Positions 19,922 through 30,641 of a stretch of DNA of 64,000 nt are shown piece after piece. The stretch comes from Alphaproteobacteria bacterium (lineage in GTDB: Bacteria; Pseudomonadota; Alphaproteobacteria; UBA828): positions 416,001-480,000 of the forward strand of contig OZ243972.1 of assembly GCA_965214705.1 (NCBI GenBank), read 5' to 3'. Made by a program: the position numbers and the translations under genes. The notes beneath the pieces are model-generated. The model was not told the origin of the DNA, did no database searches, and saw only the letters and a program-made list of their open reading frames with translations. Within the stretch, counting starts at the first letter, position 1; every line of letters begins with the position of its first letter.

Positions 19922-21121
19922 TCAAGATTTGGGCGGCCCGAACACCATCGGCGCATGGACAGCCGCAAACAGCGCGAAAGCGAGAGACCAGGCGCCGGCG
20001 GTTGCCCACAGGAGACTGACCTCGTAAGCGATTTCGAAGGCTGCGCGCGTGAACACCGGCACCGTGGCCAAAACGTAGATCGCCACGACCCAGGGCCCGG
20101 CGTGGAGATCGCGTCCGGTGTGGCCGCGGATCGCACGCGTCATGACCGCGAGCGTCATGCTTGCCATCGCGCCGATGGTCAGCACGTGCAGTGCCATTGC
20201 CTCGGACAGCCACTCCCCGAGCAGGGAGACCCCAAGCAGGCCGAGGCCGATGGCGAGCCACAGATAGCCGACATGTAATATGGTCAGAAGCGGCTCGGCC
20301 AGCGTCCTCCAGCCGCGCCAGCGCGCGAGCCGCGCGAGGTGGAGCAGACCCGCTGCGGTCAGGAGACCGCCCGCAACCGGCGCCGGCGCCGATGCCACCC
20401 AGGTCGCCAGTCCCACCCCCGTCACGGCGAGCGTGACTTTGTCGAACCTGCCCATGGGCGCCGCGATCTTCGGGCCGTCCCGCTTCGCGAACCAGTTGCG
20501 CGTGAAGCTCGGCACGATGCGCCCGCCGACCAACGCCAGCAGCAGCGACGCCACGGCGATTGAAAGCCGAACGGCAACCTCCTCGAGGTTCGCCGCGTCC
20601 ATCGCGGAGAGGTGGAACAGCACGTTGGCGGCGACCATCAGCCCGAGCCCGGCGAGGACCGGCAGGTTGCGCCAATTGCGGCCTGCGACGATCTCGTTGG
20701 CGACGAAGACCGCGAGCCCGGCCAGAAAGACGAGATCGAGGAGAGCCGTCGGAACCGGGCCGATTGCGTTGCTCCACCATATGGCGGCCCGGCCGGCGAG
20801 CCAGGCGAGCGCGAGCACGGCAAGCGGCAAGCCGCGCACGGGCAGGCGCCCGGTCCAGTTCGGCACTGCGGTCAGCACGAAGCCGCCGAGCACGGCACCG
20901 ACATAGCCGAACATCATTTCGTGGGCGTGCCATGTTACGGGACCGAACCGACCAGGGTACGAAATCGCGCCCGTCCACACCGCGATCCATAGCGGTGTGG
21001 CGAGCGCTGCCCAGAGCCCGGCCATGAAGAACAGGGGCCGAAATCCTTCGCGCAGAAACTGCGGACCGGAATAGCGGCGGCGCCATTCGAGCCGTGTCTC
21101 GTTGGATATGTCTGTGCTCAT
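19922..21121 (-). CDS. nnrS: NnrS family haem/copper membrane protein (NO response)
   Basis: GFRPLFF, WHAHEMMFGY, FVLTAVPNWTG, GGRIVPSFTRNW, LHVGYLW, MTRAIRGHTGR. RBS GGGAGGG precedes the ATG at 21121. Confidence 0.92.
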   Translation of the reverse strand: MSTDISNETRLEWRRRYSGPQFLREGFRPLFFMAGLWAALATPLWIAVWTGAISYPGRFGPVTWHAHEMMFGYVGAVLGGFVLTAVPNWTGRLPVRGLPLAVLALAWLAGRAAIWWSNAIGPVPTALLDLVFLAGLAVFVANEIVAGRNWRNLPVLAGLGLMVAANVLFHLSAMDAANLEEVAVRLSIAVASLLLALVGGRIVPSFTRNWFAKRDGPKIAAPMGRFDKVTLAVTGVGLATWVASAPAPVAGGLLTAAGLLHLARLARWRGWRTLAEPLLTILHVGYLWLAIGLGLLGVSLLGEWLSEAMALHVLTIGAMASMTLAVMTRAIRGHTGRDLHAGPWVVAIYVLATVPVFTRAAFEIAYEVSLLWATAGAWSLAFALFAAVHAPMVFGPPKS

Positions 21122-21153
21122 GATCGCTTCGTCCCTCCCAATGGCAGACATGC

Positions 21154-22645
21154 CCTAACCCGAACTTCCTGAGCAGATATTGAGCTAAGTCGTTGCGGTG
21201 GCTTTCCAAACCACCGTTTCGCGGAGTCGCGTACTGGGTACGCTACAGGCTGACGCCGAGCAGATCGAGCGCCTGGCGCTGTACCGGCGTCGGCTTGGTG
21301 ACCAGATCGAAGGGCGGTGCTCCGGCGAGTTTCGGTTGAACGCGGTTCCTGGCGATGGTCGCCAAATCATCGAGGAGCGTGCGGAAGCTGTGCACCGGCA
21401 TCCCGTCTGGCGTGCGTTTGCCGGCGGCCTTGCGACGGGCGGAGGGCGAGGGCTTTGCCGGTGAGACGATGGAAGCGCGCGCGGCGTCCGCAGCGGCCGG
21501 GTCGTCCTCGTCGAACAGGATGGGGGCGAGCCTTTGGCGCATGTGCCATTCGACGTGGTAGGCGAGCATGCACAGCAGCACGTGGGCGCGCACGCGCTCG
21601 GGGAGGTAGTGGTGGATGGGCCGCACCTTGAGGTCGACGGTCTTGACGCTGCGCAAGGCGCGCTCGATGCGGCTCAATCCCTTGTAGGCGCGCACCGTGT
21701 CCTCGGCTCCGAGCTCGCCCTCGGGCACGCTGGTGCGGATGACGTAGAGACCATCGAGCGCCGCCTCCTCGGCGATCCGCTCCCGGTTGCGCTGCCAGGT
21801 GAAGCCGTCATCGGCGATCTCCAGCTCGAAGTGCCTGGCGACCTTGTGCCTGCCGATGACCTTGCCCACGCGCAGGCCGATCTTGTCCTTGCCGGCGAGG
21901 CGGCGCTTGGCGCTCGGATCTCGTCGAGGTCGCGCTCGGTGGCCTGGAGCAGGGCCTCGCGCTTGCGCGCCCTCTCGACGGCGAGCAGCGGGTTGCGGCA
22001 GGCGATCAGGCGTTCGCCGGGGAAGTCGGGATGATGGATCTCGGCCAGGTCGCGCTGGTCGAAGAGCGAGGGCTGCAGCGTTCCGCCGGAGGCCAGCTCC
22101 CGGATCGCCGGCGCCCGCAGCGCGCTGATCCACTCCAGCCCGGCCGGCTTCACTTCCTCGCGGATGCGCGCCTCGGTGAGCATGCCGCGATCGCCCACCA
22201 GCACCACCCGCGAGAGGCCGAAGCGCCGGCGCAGCTTGTCGATCTGGGAGCCCAGGGTGGCGGGATCGGCGGTGTTGCCCTCGAACACCTCCACCGCCAC
22301 CGGGCAGCCCTGCGCGTTGCACAGCAGCCCGAACACGATCTGCAGCTTGCCGCGCTTGCCGTCGCGGGAGTAGCCGTGATGCGCCAGCGGGCAGCAGCGC
22401 CCCTCCAGCCATGTCGAGGTGACGTCGTAGAGTACCAGAGCGCCGTCCTCGAGGTGACGCTCGGCCAGACGCCGTTCGACCCTGCCCTGGCGCTCAAGCA
22501 GCCAGTCCATCGCCTGGTAGAGTTCGTCTTCGTCGACCTCGCCCAGGTCGAGGGCCTCGCCGAGGCCGCAGCTCAGGGTGTCGCCGCTGAGCCCGCGTGC
22601 GGTGGCGAGCTTCGAGCGCGGCGCCACGATGCGGGCGGCGATCAT
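21154..22645 (-). mobile_element. IS1634-family remnant; transposase (21243-22645) 5'-truncated and frameshifted
   Basis: LYDVTSTWLEG, GYSRDGKRGKLQI, VGDRGML, DGLYVIRTS, RPIHHYLPERVRAHVLLCMLAY. End sequence CCTAACCCGAACTTCC. Confidence 0.85.
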
Positions 22646-23212
22646 GGCTGGAGGTCCGCGCCGGTCCCCTCCCGGATGATGGTGAGCGCATGTCGCACCT
22701 CGGTCTCGCAGCCGAGCGCCCGCGCATCGGCCGCAAGCTCCTCCACCCGTTCGGACGCATAGTCGTCGATGTCCGCTCGCCCGATGCCGGAGTCACGGTC
22801 GCCGAAGAAGGCTAGGATACCGTAGCGCTGGGCGATCCAGCGGTCCTCCGCGACAATCTTGGTCAGCGGCTCGGGCGCCAGCGTCCCGTCGCGGTCCTGG
22901 CACGAGAGCCGGCGGATGAGGCAGGCATGGAGCGCCGCGATACACACCGCATCCTCAAGGCGCGTGCAGACGTCGCAGATGCGCAACTCCATCGTTGGAT
23001 AGGCGTGGGAGGGGCGGATGTCCCACCAGAGCGCGCTGGCATCCGCGATGAACGTCCGCCGCCGGTACTCCGCGACGAGCGCGTCGTAGTCCGAGCGCGA
23101 CTCCAACAGGCGGGCAGGCCGCCGAAGAGCGTGAGGCGGTAGGACTTGAAACCCGTCTCGCGCCGGGCAACGAAGGGCGAGGAGGTTGAAAGCGCATGGA
23201 GCAGCGGCAGAT
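22642..23212 (-). pseudogene. Glutamate-cysteine ligase GCS2/YbdK-like fragment
   Basis: LPLLHALSTSSPF..ETGFKSYR and, in another frame, LWWDIRPSHAYPTMELRICDVCTRLED. Confidence 0.8.
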
Positions 23213-23473
23213 GCCGTCCGCTGCCGGCCGGGCTTCGCCTCCCGTCGGCGTGCGGGCAGCGGCGCGGCGCGAGGCGTGCCGGGGTGGCGGACGCCGCCGC
23301 TTCGTCATCCGGGGACGCTCGAGGCGGAGGACGGGTCGTGCGTCGGCCTGTCGCAGCGTTCCGGCCGTGGCTATGATGGCGACCCGGCGGCAGAGACCAC
23401 TCCGCTGCAACCATTCGGCCGGTGGCCCGGCGGCGGGTAGGCCCGGCAGCTCAAGGAAGGCAAGTCGTTCGGA

Positions 23474-24316
23474 ATGCGGGAAGGCGGTTCAGGATCGGCG
23501 CCCGGCGCCACGGTCGTTGCAACGGTCAAATGGTTCAATCCGGTGAAGGGGTTCGGCTTCCTGGCGCCCGCCGACGGCTCTCCCGACGTGTTCTGCCATA
23601 TCTCGGCGGTGTCGCGGGCGGGCTTCGACACTCTGCCCGAGGGCGCGACCGTCACGTGTGAGGTCGAGCAGGGTCGTCAGGGTCTGCAGGTCTGGCAGAT
23701 CCATGCCGTCGATACGTCGACCGCGACTGCGGGCCCGGCGAGGAGCGGCGTGCCGCCGCGCGGCGATTACGGACATTTGCACGGCGAGCGGGGTCCGGCT
23801 CCGTCCCGCCGCGTTGTGGCTGCCGTGAAGTGGTTCAATCCGGCGAAGGGTTTCGGCTTTCTGGTTCCCGACGACGGCTCGCCCGACGTGTTCTGCCATG
23901 CCTCGGCGGTCCGGGACGCCGGATACGACACGCTGCTGCAGGGCGCGAACGTGACCTGCGAGGTGGCGGAAGGCCAGCGGGGTCCGATGGTGTCGTCCAT
24001 CGTGGCTGTCGATACCTCGACCGCCATCGTCGAACCAGCGGGCCGCGACGAGCCGTACCGGGACCGGCGTGAGCGAAGGTGGGACCGCGTCGAGCCGGCC
24101 GGGCCGGTCGAGGAGCGTTCCGGCCTGGTCAAGTTCTTCAACGCCGCCAAGGGATACGGCTTCGTGGTGCCGGACGACGGCGGGCCGGACGTGTTCGTGC
24201 CGGGCAGCGTGCTCGATCGCGCGGGTCTGGGCGGCCTGCATACGGGCCAGCGCGTGAGCGTGGTGGTGGAGCAGGGAGCGCGCGGCCTTCAGGCGAGGGA
24301 TATCGAGCTCATCTGA
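23474..24316 (+). CDS. Cold-shock protein with three tandem CSD domains
   Basis: Three copies of VKW/FFN..KGF/YGF..DG.PDVF. Confidence 0.92.
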   Translation: MREGGSGSAPGATVVATVKWFNPVKGFGFLAPADGSPDVFCHISAVSRAGFDTLPEGATVTCEVEQGRQGLQVWQIHAVDTSTATAGPARSGVPPRGDYGHLHGERGPAPSRRVVAAVKWFNPAKGFGFLVPDDGSPDVFCHASAVRDAGYDTLLQGANVTCEVAEGQRGPMVSSIVAVDTSTAIVEPAGRDEPYRDRRERRWDRVEPAGPVEERSGLVKFFNAAKGYGFVVPDDGGPDVFVPGSVLDRAGLGGLHTGQRVSVVVEQGARGLQARDIELI

Positions 24317-24403
24317 GGCGGAACTCCGGCGCGCGCCGGTACGTCTCACATGCCGGGATGTACAGCCGGATCGAGGGCGCCGTTCCGGCAAAGCGGCGGG
24401 GAG

Positions 24404-24745
24404 CTATTCCACCATCCGCCTGAGGCCCGCCAGGGGCTGAAGCTTGACCGCCGCCGAGGCCGGCTTCGCAGGCACGTCGATCTCCTCCCCCGTCCGCGGC
24501 GAGATCATCGTCCGCGCCTTCCTGGCGGACTTGCGCACGCGCCTGATCCTGAGCAGACCGGGCAGCGTGAAGGTGCCGACGGCGCGCTTCCTGATATGGC
24601 GGTCGATGACGAGCCCGAGCTCATCGAGGACCGCAGCGACGTCCTTCTTCGGAAGCCCGGTCGACTCCGAGAGCGACGCCAGTAGCTGGCTCTTGGTCAT
24701 CGCTTCCTTGAGCGCCGTGGCCTTGCGGGAACGGGATGTCGTCAT
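24404..24745 (-). CDS. HU/IHF-family DNA-binding protein
   Basis: MTKSQLLASLSESTGLPKKDV..FTLPGL..ARKAR..SPRTGEEIDVPAKPA. Confidence 0.88.
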   Translation of the reverse strand: MTTSRSRKATALKEAMTKSQLLASLSESTGLPKKDVAAVLDELGLVIDRHIRKRAVGTFTLPGLLRIRRVRKSARKARTMISPRTGEEIDVPAKPASAAVKLQPLAGLRRMVE

Positions 24746-25056
24746 GTGCTGGACCTCCGGTGATTGTGGGGCGGCTGCATACTACGCCGAGGAGCGGGCG
24801 CCAAGGACCGCCGCCCCATTCCGGGGCCTCGCCGGCAGTTTCCGGGTCCTCGAACCGGGTCTGGGCCGGCCGGCGGCCGAGCGGGCGGTCTCCACACGGT
24901 TCGGTCGGGCGCTCCCGCTTGCGCTCCGGCAGGCGTGCAAGCTCGTCCAGGAGATCGCCGCTGAAAGACTGCGCCCTCTCACCCAGGTGCGCCGGTCTCG
25001 CGGCTTGCCCGAACAATCCGTGTGGGTAGTTTGACGGGTAGAGGGGGCCAGCAAGC

Positions 25057-25830
25057 ATGGCAGCGAGGACGGACAACGATCGGCCCACGGTCCGCATCGC
25101 CACCTGGAATGTCGCGTGGGCAGTAGCGGACAGCGAGCGGGGCACTCGGATTGCCGCTGCCCTGAAGGCGCCCGATTGCGACATCGTGTGCGTGACCGAG
25201 GGGTGCGCGGACATCCTCCCGGCCGGCGGCCATGCCATCGATGCCGGACCGGCTTTGGGCTACGGCCTCGAAGAGACGCAGCGCAACGTCCTGCTCTGGA
25301 GCAGGCACCCGTGGGCCGCCGCGGACATCGGCATCTCGAGTGCGCTCCCGGCCGGGAGGCTGGTGGCGGGGATCACCCTGACCGCACTGGGCCCGCTGAC
25401 GGTGGTCGGGGTCTGCATTCCCCGGCGGGATGCGAACGTGCGCTCGGGCCGCAAGGACCGCAGCCAGTGGCAGGAGCACGAGGCGTGGCTGGCGGGGTTC
25501 GAGAGTCTGCCGTACCGGCATGCGAAGAGACGCACGGTCGTTCTCGGCGACTTCAATCAGCGGGTTCCGCGACGGTCGCAGCCGAAGGGGGTGCATGCGG
25601 CGCTGCTGCACGCGTTCGAGGGTTTCTGCTTCGCGACTGCCGGGGAGATGGAGGGTGCACCGGGCAGGGCGCTCGATCACATCGCCCATACGCCGGACAT
25701 GGCGCTGGCCGGCGGCATCGGGTTGTGGCCCCGGGAAGACCGTCACGACAATCGCCTGTCCGGCCGCTTCGGAGTATGGGGCGACTTCGCCTTCGGCGCG
25801 ACCGGCAGGCGGCTCGCAAGATGGGCTTGA
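25057..25830 (+). CDS. Endonuclease/exonuclease/phosphatase (EEP) family protein
   Basis: RIATWNV, DIVCVTE, VVLGDFNQ, LDHI. The C-terminal SDH motif appears as SGR. Confidence 0.8.
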   Translation: MAARTDNDRPTVRIATWNVAWAVADSERGTRIAAALKAPDCDIVCVTEGCADILPAGGHAIDAGPALGYGLEETQRNVLLWSRHPWAAADIGISSALPAGRLVAGITLTALGPLTVVGVCIPRRDANVRSGRKDRSQWQEHEAWLAGFESLPYRHAKRRTVVLGDFNQRVPRRSQPKGVHAALLHAFEGFCFATAGEMEGAPGRALDHIAHTPDMALAGGIGLWPREDRHDNRLSGRFGVWGDFAFGATGRRLARWA

Positions 25831-26084
25831 GGATTGTCGCGTCATTGCCGGAGGGAGCGTGCCGGACCGGCGCGTCCGGTCGTGGCCGTTCCCGGATCGA
25901 TGGTCACTTGGCGGGATGGCTGAATTGCGGGAGGAGAAACCGGCGGCTTCGCGTTGACGCGGCCGGTCAGCGCGAGACCGTCTTGCCCGGGATTTAGTCC
26001 TTCTGCCGGGCTTGAACGCAGTCGGGAATCTTCCCATCCTGACGAAGGATAGTTCCATGGTCGTCGGTCCGCGTCGAGCAGCGC

Positions 26085-28079
26085 ATGCGCGCCGGCGGGC
26101 GACTGGAGTCTCGCACGGAGGAAAGGTCGATCCTGGTGCAACCCATCGCTTGCGTGCCGGAGGCGGCCGCGGAAGACGGCCTCCAGCCGGCGGTGCTGCC
26201 GGAGTTCGTGACGCCGGACTGGCTGAAGGAGAACCACCACCTGATGAGGGCCGACCTGCGGAAGCTGGCGTCGGCGATGGCGGAGGACTATTCGGACTGG
26301 CCGGCGGCGGTGGACGGCAGCGACGAAGGGACGTTCTGGCGCGCCGTTCACACCCTTGCGCAGCGCTGGGCGTGGTTCCTGTGGCTGTTCGAGGAGCGGA
26401 TCCTCGAACTGTTCGGCCGGGTCAAGGGGCGCAAGAAGCAGCTCGGCCGGCTGGTTCTCAAGTCGGCCTCCGAGCGGGCGCAGGCGCTGCGCCCCGCCAC
26501 GCCGGGCGTCTCCGAGGAAACGATGCTCGACCATCTCGAGACGCTCTGGGAGGAGGGGGAGCGCGAACTTGTCGCGCAATCGGTCTGGGTCCTGTGGTGC
26601 ACCGGAGGCCCCGAGGCCCGCTATATGATGTCATCCTGGCTGGAGGAGCCCGAGATCGAGCGCCTGGTAGGGCATGCGGTCCATCGCAGCCGCTTCCGGG
26701 GCCTTGGCGATCGCGACGATCTGGTGGATCGGCTGGCCTGCGAGGCGGCCGGGCCGCATCTGGAGAGGCTGGCCGCGCGCGCCGACGACGACTGCGCCCT
26801 GCTGCGCAAGGACATGGCCGATGCCTACAGCAGGCTGAAGACGTATGTCACCGAGCATGACGAAGCGTCAGCGAGCCTTTTGTCGTACCTGGTTCTTGAG
26901 TTTGCAGCGCTCGCTGACGAGCTTGCCGAGATCGAGATCGCGCGGAACCTGGCCCTTGCGCGCAGCCGCCACGGCGCCCTGCGCACGCTGCTGGAGGGAG
27001 CCGTCGGGGCGGCGGGGCAAACGGCGCCTGCCGAGGAGGCGGGTGCGCTGACGGGGCGAATCGAAGCGCTGTTGCGGGACACCGCCCTGCCGCGCTGTAT
27101 CCCCGACCCCGAGTGGGAGAACTGCCGTGAGCAGGCGGAGCGCTTCCGCAGCGCGATCGTCGAGCCGGGCGCGCACGAGCTTGCCCTGCGGGAGGCGTCC
27201 GGCCGCTACGCCGAGAACCCCAGCGCGGAGAACCTCGAGGCGCTGCACGCGGCGGCCTCGGCCGAGCGCGAACACCCGCGTTCGCTCGAGCCGGCGAAAG
27301 AGGCGCTGGACGAGGTCACCGCCTGTCTCGGCGATCTCGTGCAGCGTTTCGGTTCCCTGGCGGACCGCGACGGAGCGGAAGAGGAGGAGGTCGACGGCGG
27401 GGAGGCGTTCGGCGGCAGGACGCGTGATCACGAGCGCGCGCTGCGCGCCGAGATCGGCGATCTGAAGGCTGCGAACCGGACGGCGGAGGAGCGGATTGCA
27501 GCTCTCGAGCAGGCTCTCGCCGACGCCGGAGCGGAAAACGACGGGCTGCGGCGCGAGAAGCACCGGCTGCAGCAGCGGCTCGCCGCCATCGATGGCGCAC
27601 GGGATCCCTCCCCGGCGGAAGACGAGACGGTGCCTGCGCTTGAGAGCTACGCCGATCTTCCGTCCTGGGCGGAGCGGCATTTTCAGGGGCGCGTGGTGCT
27701 CGCCGGACGCGCGCTCAGGGCGCTCAAGAGCGCGGGGTTCGAGGACGTGGGTCTCGTCGGCAGGGCGATCGAGGTGCTGGCAGGAAGCTACTGGCGGATG
27801 AAGACCGGCGGCGGCGGCAAGGCGCTGCGCGATGCCTTCGAGGGCGAACTGCGCGAAGTGCGGCTGCAGGAGACGAAGAGCATCAGCCGGGACCGGCAGG
27901 GCAAGGCGCGCGACGACTTTTCGATCGACTGGGACGGCCGCAGGCTCATGCTGGACCGCCAACTGAAGAACAACACGAAGACGCGCGATCCCAGGCACTG
28001 CCTTCGTGTGTATTTCACCTGGGACGAGGCGACCCGGCAGGTCGTGATCGGTCATCTTCCCGGACACATGAGAACATAA
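26085..28079 (+). CDS. Large hypothetical protein: helical/coiled-coil body with a RelE-like C-terminal domain (tentative)
   Basis: 664-aa ORF with host-like codon usage. Coiled coil around 27430-27590. C-terminus LKNNTKTRDPRHCLRVYFTWDEATRQVVIGHLPGH. Confidence 0.7.
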   Translation: MRAGGRLESRTEERSILVQPIACVPEAAAEDGLQPAVLPEFVTPDWLKENHHLMRADLRKLASAMAEDYSDWPAAVDGSDEGTFWRAVHTLAQRWAWFLWLFEERILELFGRVKGRKKQLGRLVLKSASERAQALRPATPGVSEETMLDHLETLWEEGERELVAQSVWVLWCTGGPEARYMMSSWLEEPEIERLVGHAVHRSRFRGLGDRDDLVDRLACEAAGPHLERLAARADDDCALLRKDMADAYSRLKTYVTEHDEASASLLSYLVLEFAALADELAEIEIARNLALARSRHGALRTLLEGAVGAAGQTAPAEEAGALTGRIEALLRDTALPRCIPDPEWENCREQAERFRSAIVEPGAHELALREASGRYAENPSAENLEALHAAASAEREHPRSLEPAKEALDEVTACLGDLVQRFGSLADRDGAEEEEVDGGEAFGGRTRDHERALRAEIGDLKAANRTAEERIAALEQALADAGAENDGLRREKHRLQQRLAAIDGARDPSPAEDETVPALESYADLPSWAERHFQGRVVLAGRALRALKSAGFEDVGLVGRAIEVLAGSYWRMKTGGGGKALRDAFEGELREVRLQETKSISRDRQGKARDDFSIDWDGRRLMLDRQLKNNTKTRDPRHCLRVYFTWDEATRQVVIGHLPGHMRT

Positions 28080-28259
28080 CCAGGCACCGGCCTCCGATGA
28101 CCGCAGCCCGATCGGCGAGAGCCGGCCGGCCCGGCTGGCATCCCCGTTGTCCTTTGCGCTCAGCAGATCCTCCCCGATGCTGGCGGCGATCCGCGAAGCA
28201 GCCTCGTGCACGGAGTCCTGCGCCAAGTGCGCGTGTCTGGCGATCGTCTCCACTTTGGG

Positions 28260-28670
28260 GTGAGCCGGCCGGCGTCGATGCGCCCGTCCCGGCGCTCACG
28301 GAAGGCGCCGCCGGCGCAGCGGAGGATCTCCGCCACGCCAGCGCGCTCGGGCACCACGGCGGTTCAGCTGCGCAGGACCGGGAAGCCCGAGAGGGGGTGG
28401 TCGAGGGCCTCGAACATCTTACCGGTGGCGCGCGCGTAGCCGCGGGTCGTGTCGGCGCTTCGATGCCCGAGCGCGTCGCGGATCACCTCGATGTTGCCGC
28501 CGCGCTCAAGCAGATGGGTCGCGGCCGAATGACGCAGGCTGTGGAAGCTGTGGCAGGGGGCGATGCCAACCCGCTCGCGGGCCTTCTTGAAGGCACGGTG
28601 CAGGGTCGCCGCCGAGATGTGCTCGTCGAGCGAAGCGCCGTAAAATGGCCAGCTTGCCGGCTGCGGCCAG
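28260..28670 (-). pseudogene. Remnant of an integrase + IS91-transposase element (integrase C-terminus 28364-28670, transposase N-terminus)
   Basis: HSLRHSAATHLLERGG..GHRSADTTRGYA then ERAGVAEILR, paralogous to 49420-51546. Confidence 0.8.
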
Positions 28671-28865
28671 GCCTCGCTGGCGGAGACGATCACCTGGCTG
28701 CCCGCCGTCGAGAACCGGGGCGAAGGCGTGTTCGTCTCGTTCAGGCAGGACCGGGTGGAGAAATGGCTGTCGCGACTTGGCGTTCAGGCGCGCGCCCGCC
28801 GGATCGAGGCCGGCTGGACGGCATGGGCCCGGGAGCGTCAGCGTCCGGAGGATGGATTCCCCGGA

Positions 28866-30353
28866 AAGGCTTATCCCTCTGGGTCCGGTTGCACAAGATG
28901 TTGGGGGGGGGGGTCTTTGCGAACGGGGTGGACGAGGCGCGGGGCTCACGGGCCTGGAAAGGCGCTGTCGGAGCCGTCCGGCGAGTTGGGAAGCCGCTGT
29001 GGCGGCGCCGATCGGATTGGCTCGGCGAGCGTCGTCGTCGGCCGGCCGCTGGGATCAGGCGCGTTGTTCGACGATGTCGCGGTAGCTGGCGGGTGGCACT
29101 CGGGTGCCGATGGCGAGCAGGGTGTCGAAGGCCGCCGCAGTGTGGCGGCGGCGGTTCCATCGGAACACGAACTCGTCGAGGTAGCGGGGCAGATGGGCGC
29201 GGCGCAGGCCATGGAAGGTGCCGAGCGCCCAGCGTTTCAGGTTCGAGAACACGCGATGGGTCCACTTGAGCACGAGATGGGCGGGCGTCTCGCCGACCAC
29301 CCTGGGCTCGTGGTCGTGCTCGGACAGGCCGCCATAGCCGCTCCAGCCGTCGGTGATCACCAGCGCGCCCGGCGCCGAGGTCTCGGCAACGAAGGCGTGA
29401 AGGCTGGCTGCGGAGAAATCCTCGATCGGCGCCAGCCGGATGCGACGCGGCTCGCCCGCAGGCGACAGCTCGACCGCGCCGGCAATCGGCATCTTGCCTT
29501 GCGCGGTGTGCAACGGCAGCGAGGCTTCGTCGATCTCGACCAAGTCCTCAAGAAGGCTGCGCTCGGGATCGACCATGGCGCGGCGCAGCTTGTGCAGCAG
29601 CAGCCACGCACTCTTGTAGCTGCCGAGCCCGAGCTGGGGCCTGGAGTTGCAGGGCGAAGATGCCGTTCGAGTGGCTGCTCACGATATGCGCAGCCGTGAA
29701 CCAGGTCTTCAAGGACAGATGGCTGCGGTGCATGATCGTGCCCGCGGTCACCGAGGTCTGCTTGCCGCAGGCCGCACATTCCCAACTCGCTCGCCCCCGC
29801 TTCAACCCCCAGCCCTTGTCATGGCCGCAGGCGGGACAGACGAAACCGTCGGGCCATCGCTGGGCCGCAAGGTGCTTCGCACAGGCTTCGTCGTCGGGAA
29901 AGCGCGCCTCGAAAGCGGCGCGGGACATGGGGCGGTCGTTTTTCCAGCGGCTGGGCATGCCCAGAACATTACACGAACACTCAGCCCCTGACAACTCTCA
30001 TCTCAACATCTTGTCAGGGCTCGTTTTTTGTCCGACAAGGCGCGGCGTGGGCATGTTCAGCGACCCATTTTGGGACGCATTTTGTTGTCTGAGCGCCGGT
30101 TTGGGCCTCGTGTGAGGTAGAACCAACCGTGCCTATCCGCTTGTCACATACACCCGCTAGGGATGGGGTGTGGGCAGAATGGACGTGAGTGGACGCATCC
30201 TAGATGTAGTGGCTGTCTGCGCTAACCGGATAGGCACGGAACCAATTTCGCGGGCGGCCACTCCGCACTGATTCCTGGCACTCGATGACGACAAAAAATT
30301 GGTCCTGTCTCATCTCAGCATCTTGTGCAACCGGACCCAGAGGGATAAACCTT
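28866..30353 (-). mobile_element. IS1595-family element #1; frameshifted transposase 29055-29958
   Basis: 35-bp IR AAGGCTTATCCCTCTGGGTCCGGTTGCACAAGATG. RFPDDEAC, CPACG, VEIDEA, ITDGWSGY, YLDEFVFRWNRR. Flanks are not duplicated. Confidence 0.88.
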
Positions 30354-30600
30354 CCGTACTTTACGGCACGTGTTCTCGTGAGCGCCCCGTTCCCGGCAAG
30401 GAAGCGGCGGACTTCATCCTCGCCCACCGTGTCACAGTCCCTGTCCTCTCCGATCCGGCGACAGAACGTATCGAGGGTCTCGGCGCTTGAGCGGAACTTG
30501 GTGCCGTGGTCACGCTGCCACGCAACATAGCGGTCAACGGCCTCACGCAGCGTCATCGAGCAGCTCCTTCAGGCAGATGTCGGCGACCGGGCGAAGCGAG
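30354..30600 (-). pseudogene. RIT-like integrase remnant (tail of one integrase coupled by ATGA to the head of the next)
   Basis: SLRPVADICLKELL then MTLREAVDRYVAWQRDHGTKFRSSAETLDTFCRRIG. Cut on both sides by IS1595 elements. Confidence 0.6.
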
Positions 30601-30641
30601 CGCGATTATCCCCTTGACACGTCAGCACGGGAATCCTTAGC

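Noticed and set aside
17679-21209. 1176-aa ORF on the minus strand
   Set aside because: Shadow frame overlapping nnrS and antisense to the two integrases; no motifs; typical of high-GC DNA.
29982-30021. Inverted repeat upstream of the IS1595 transposase as a separate MITE
   Set aside because: Too short and no clear TSD; more likely a regulatory hairpin.
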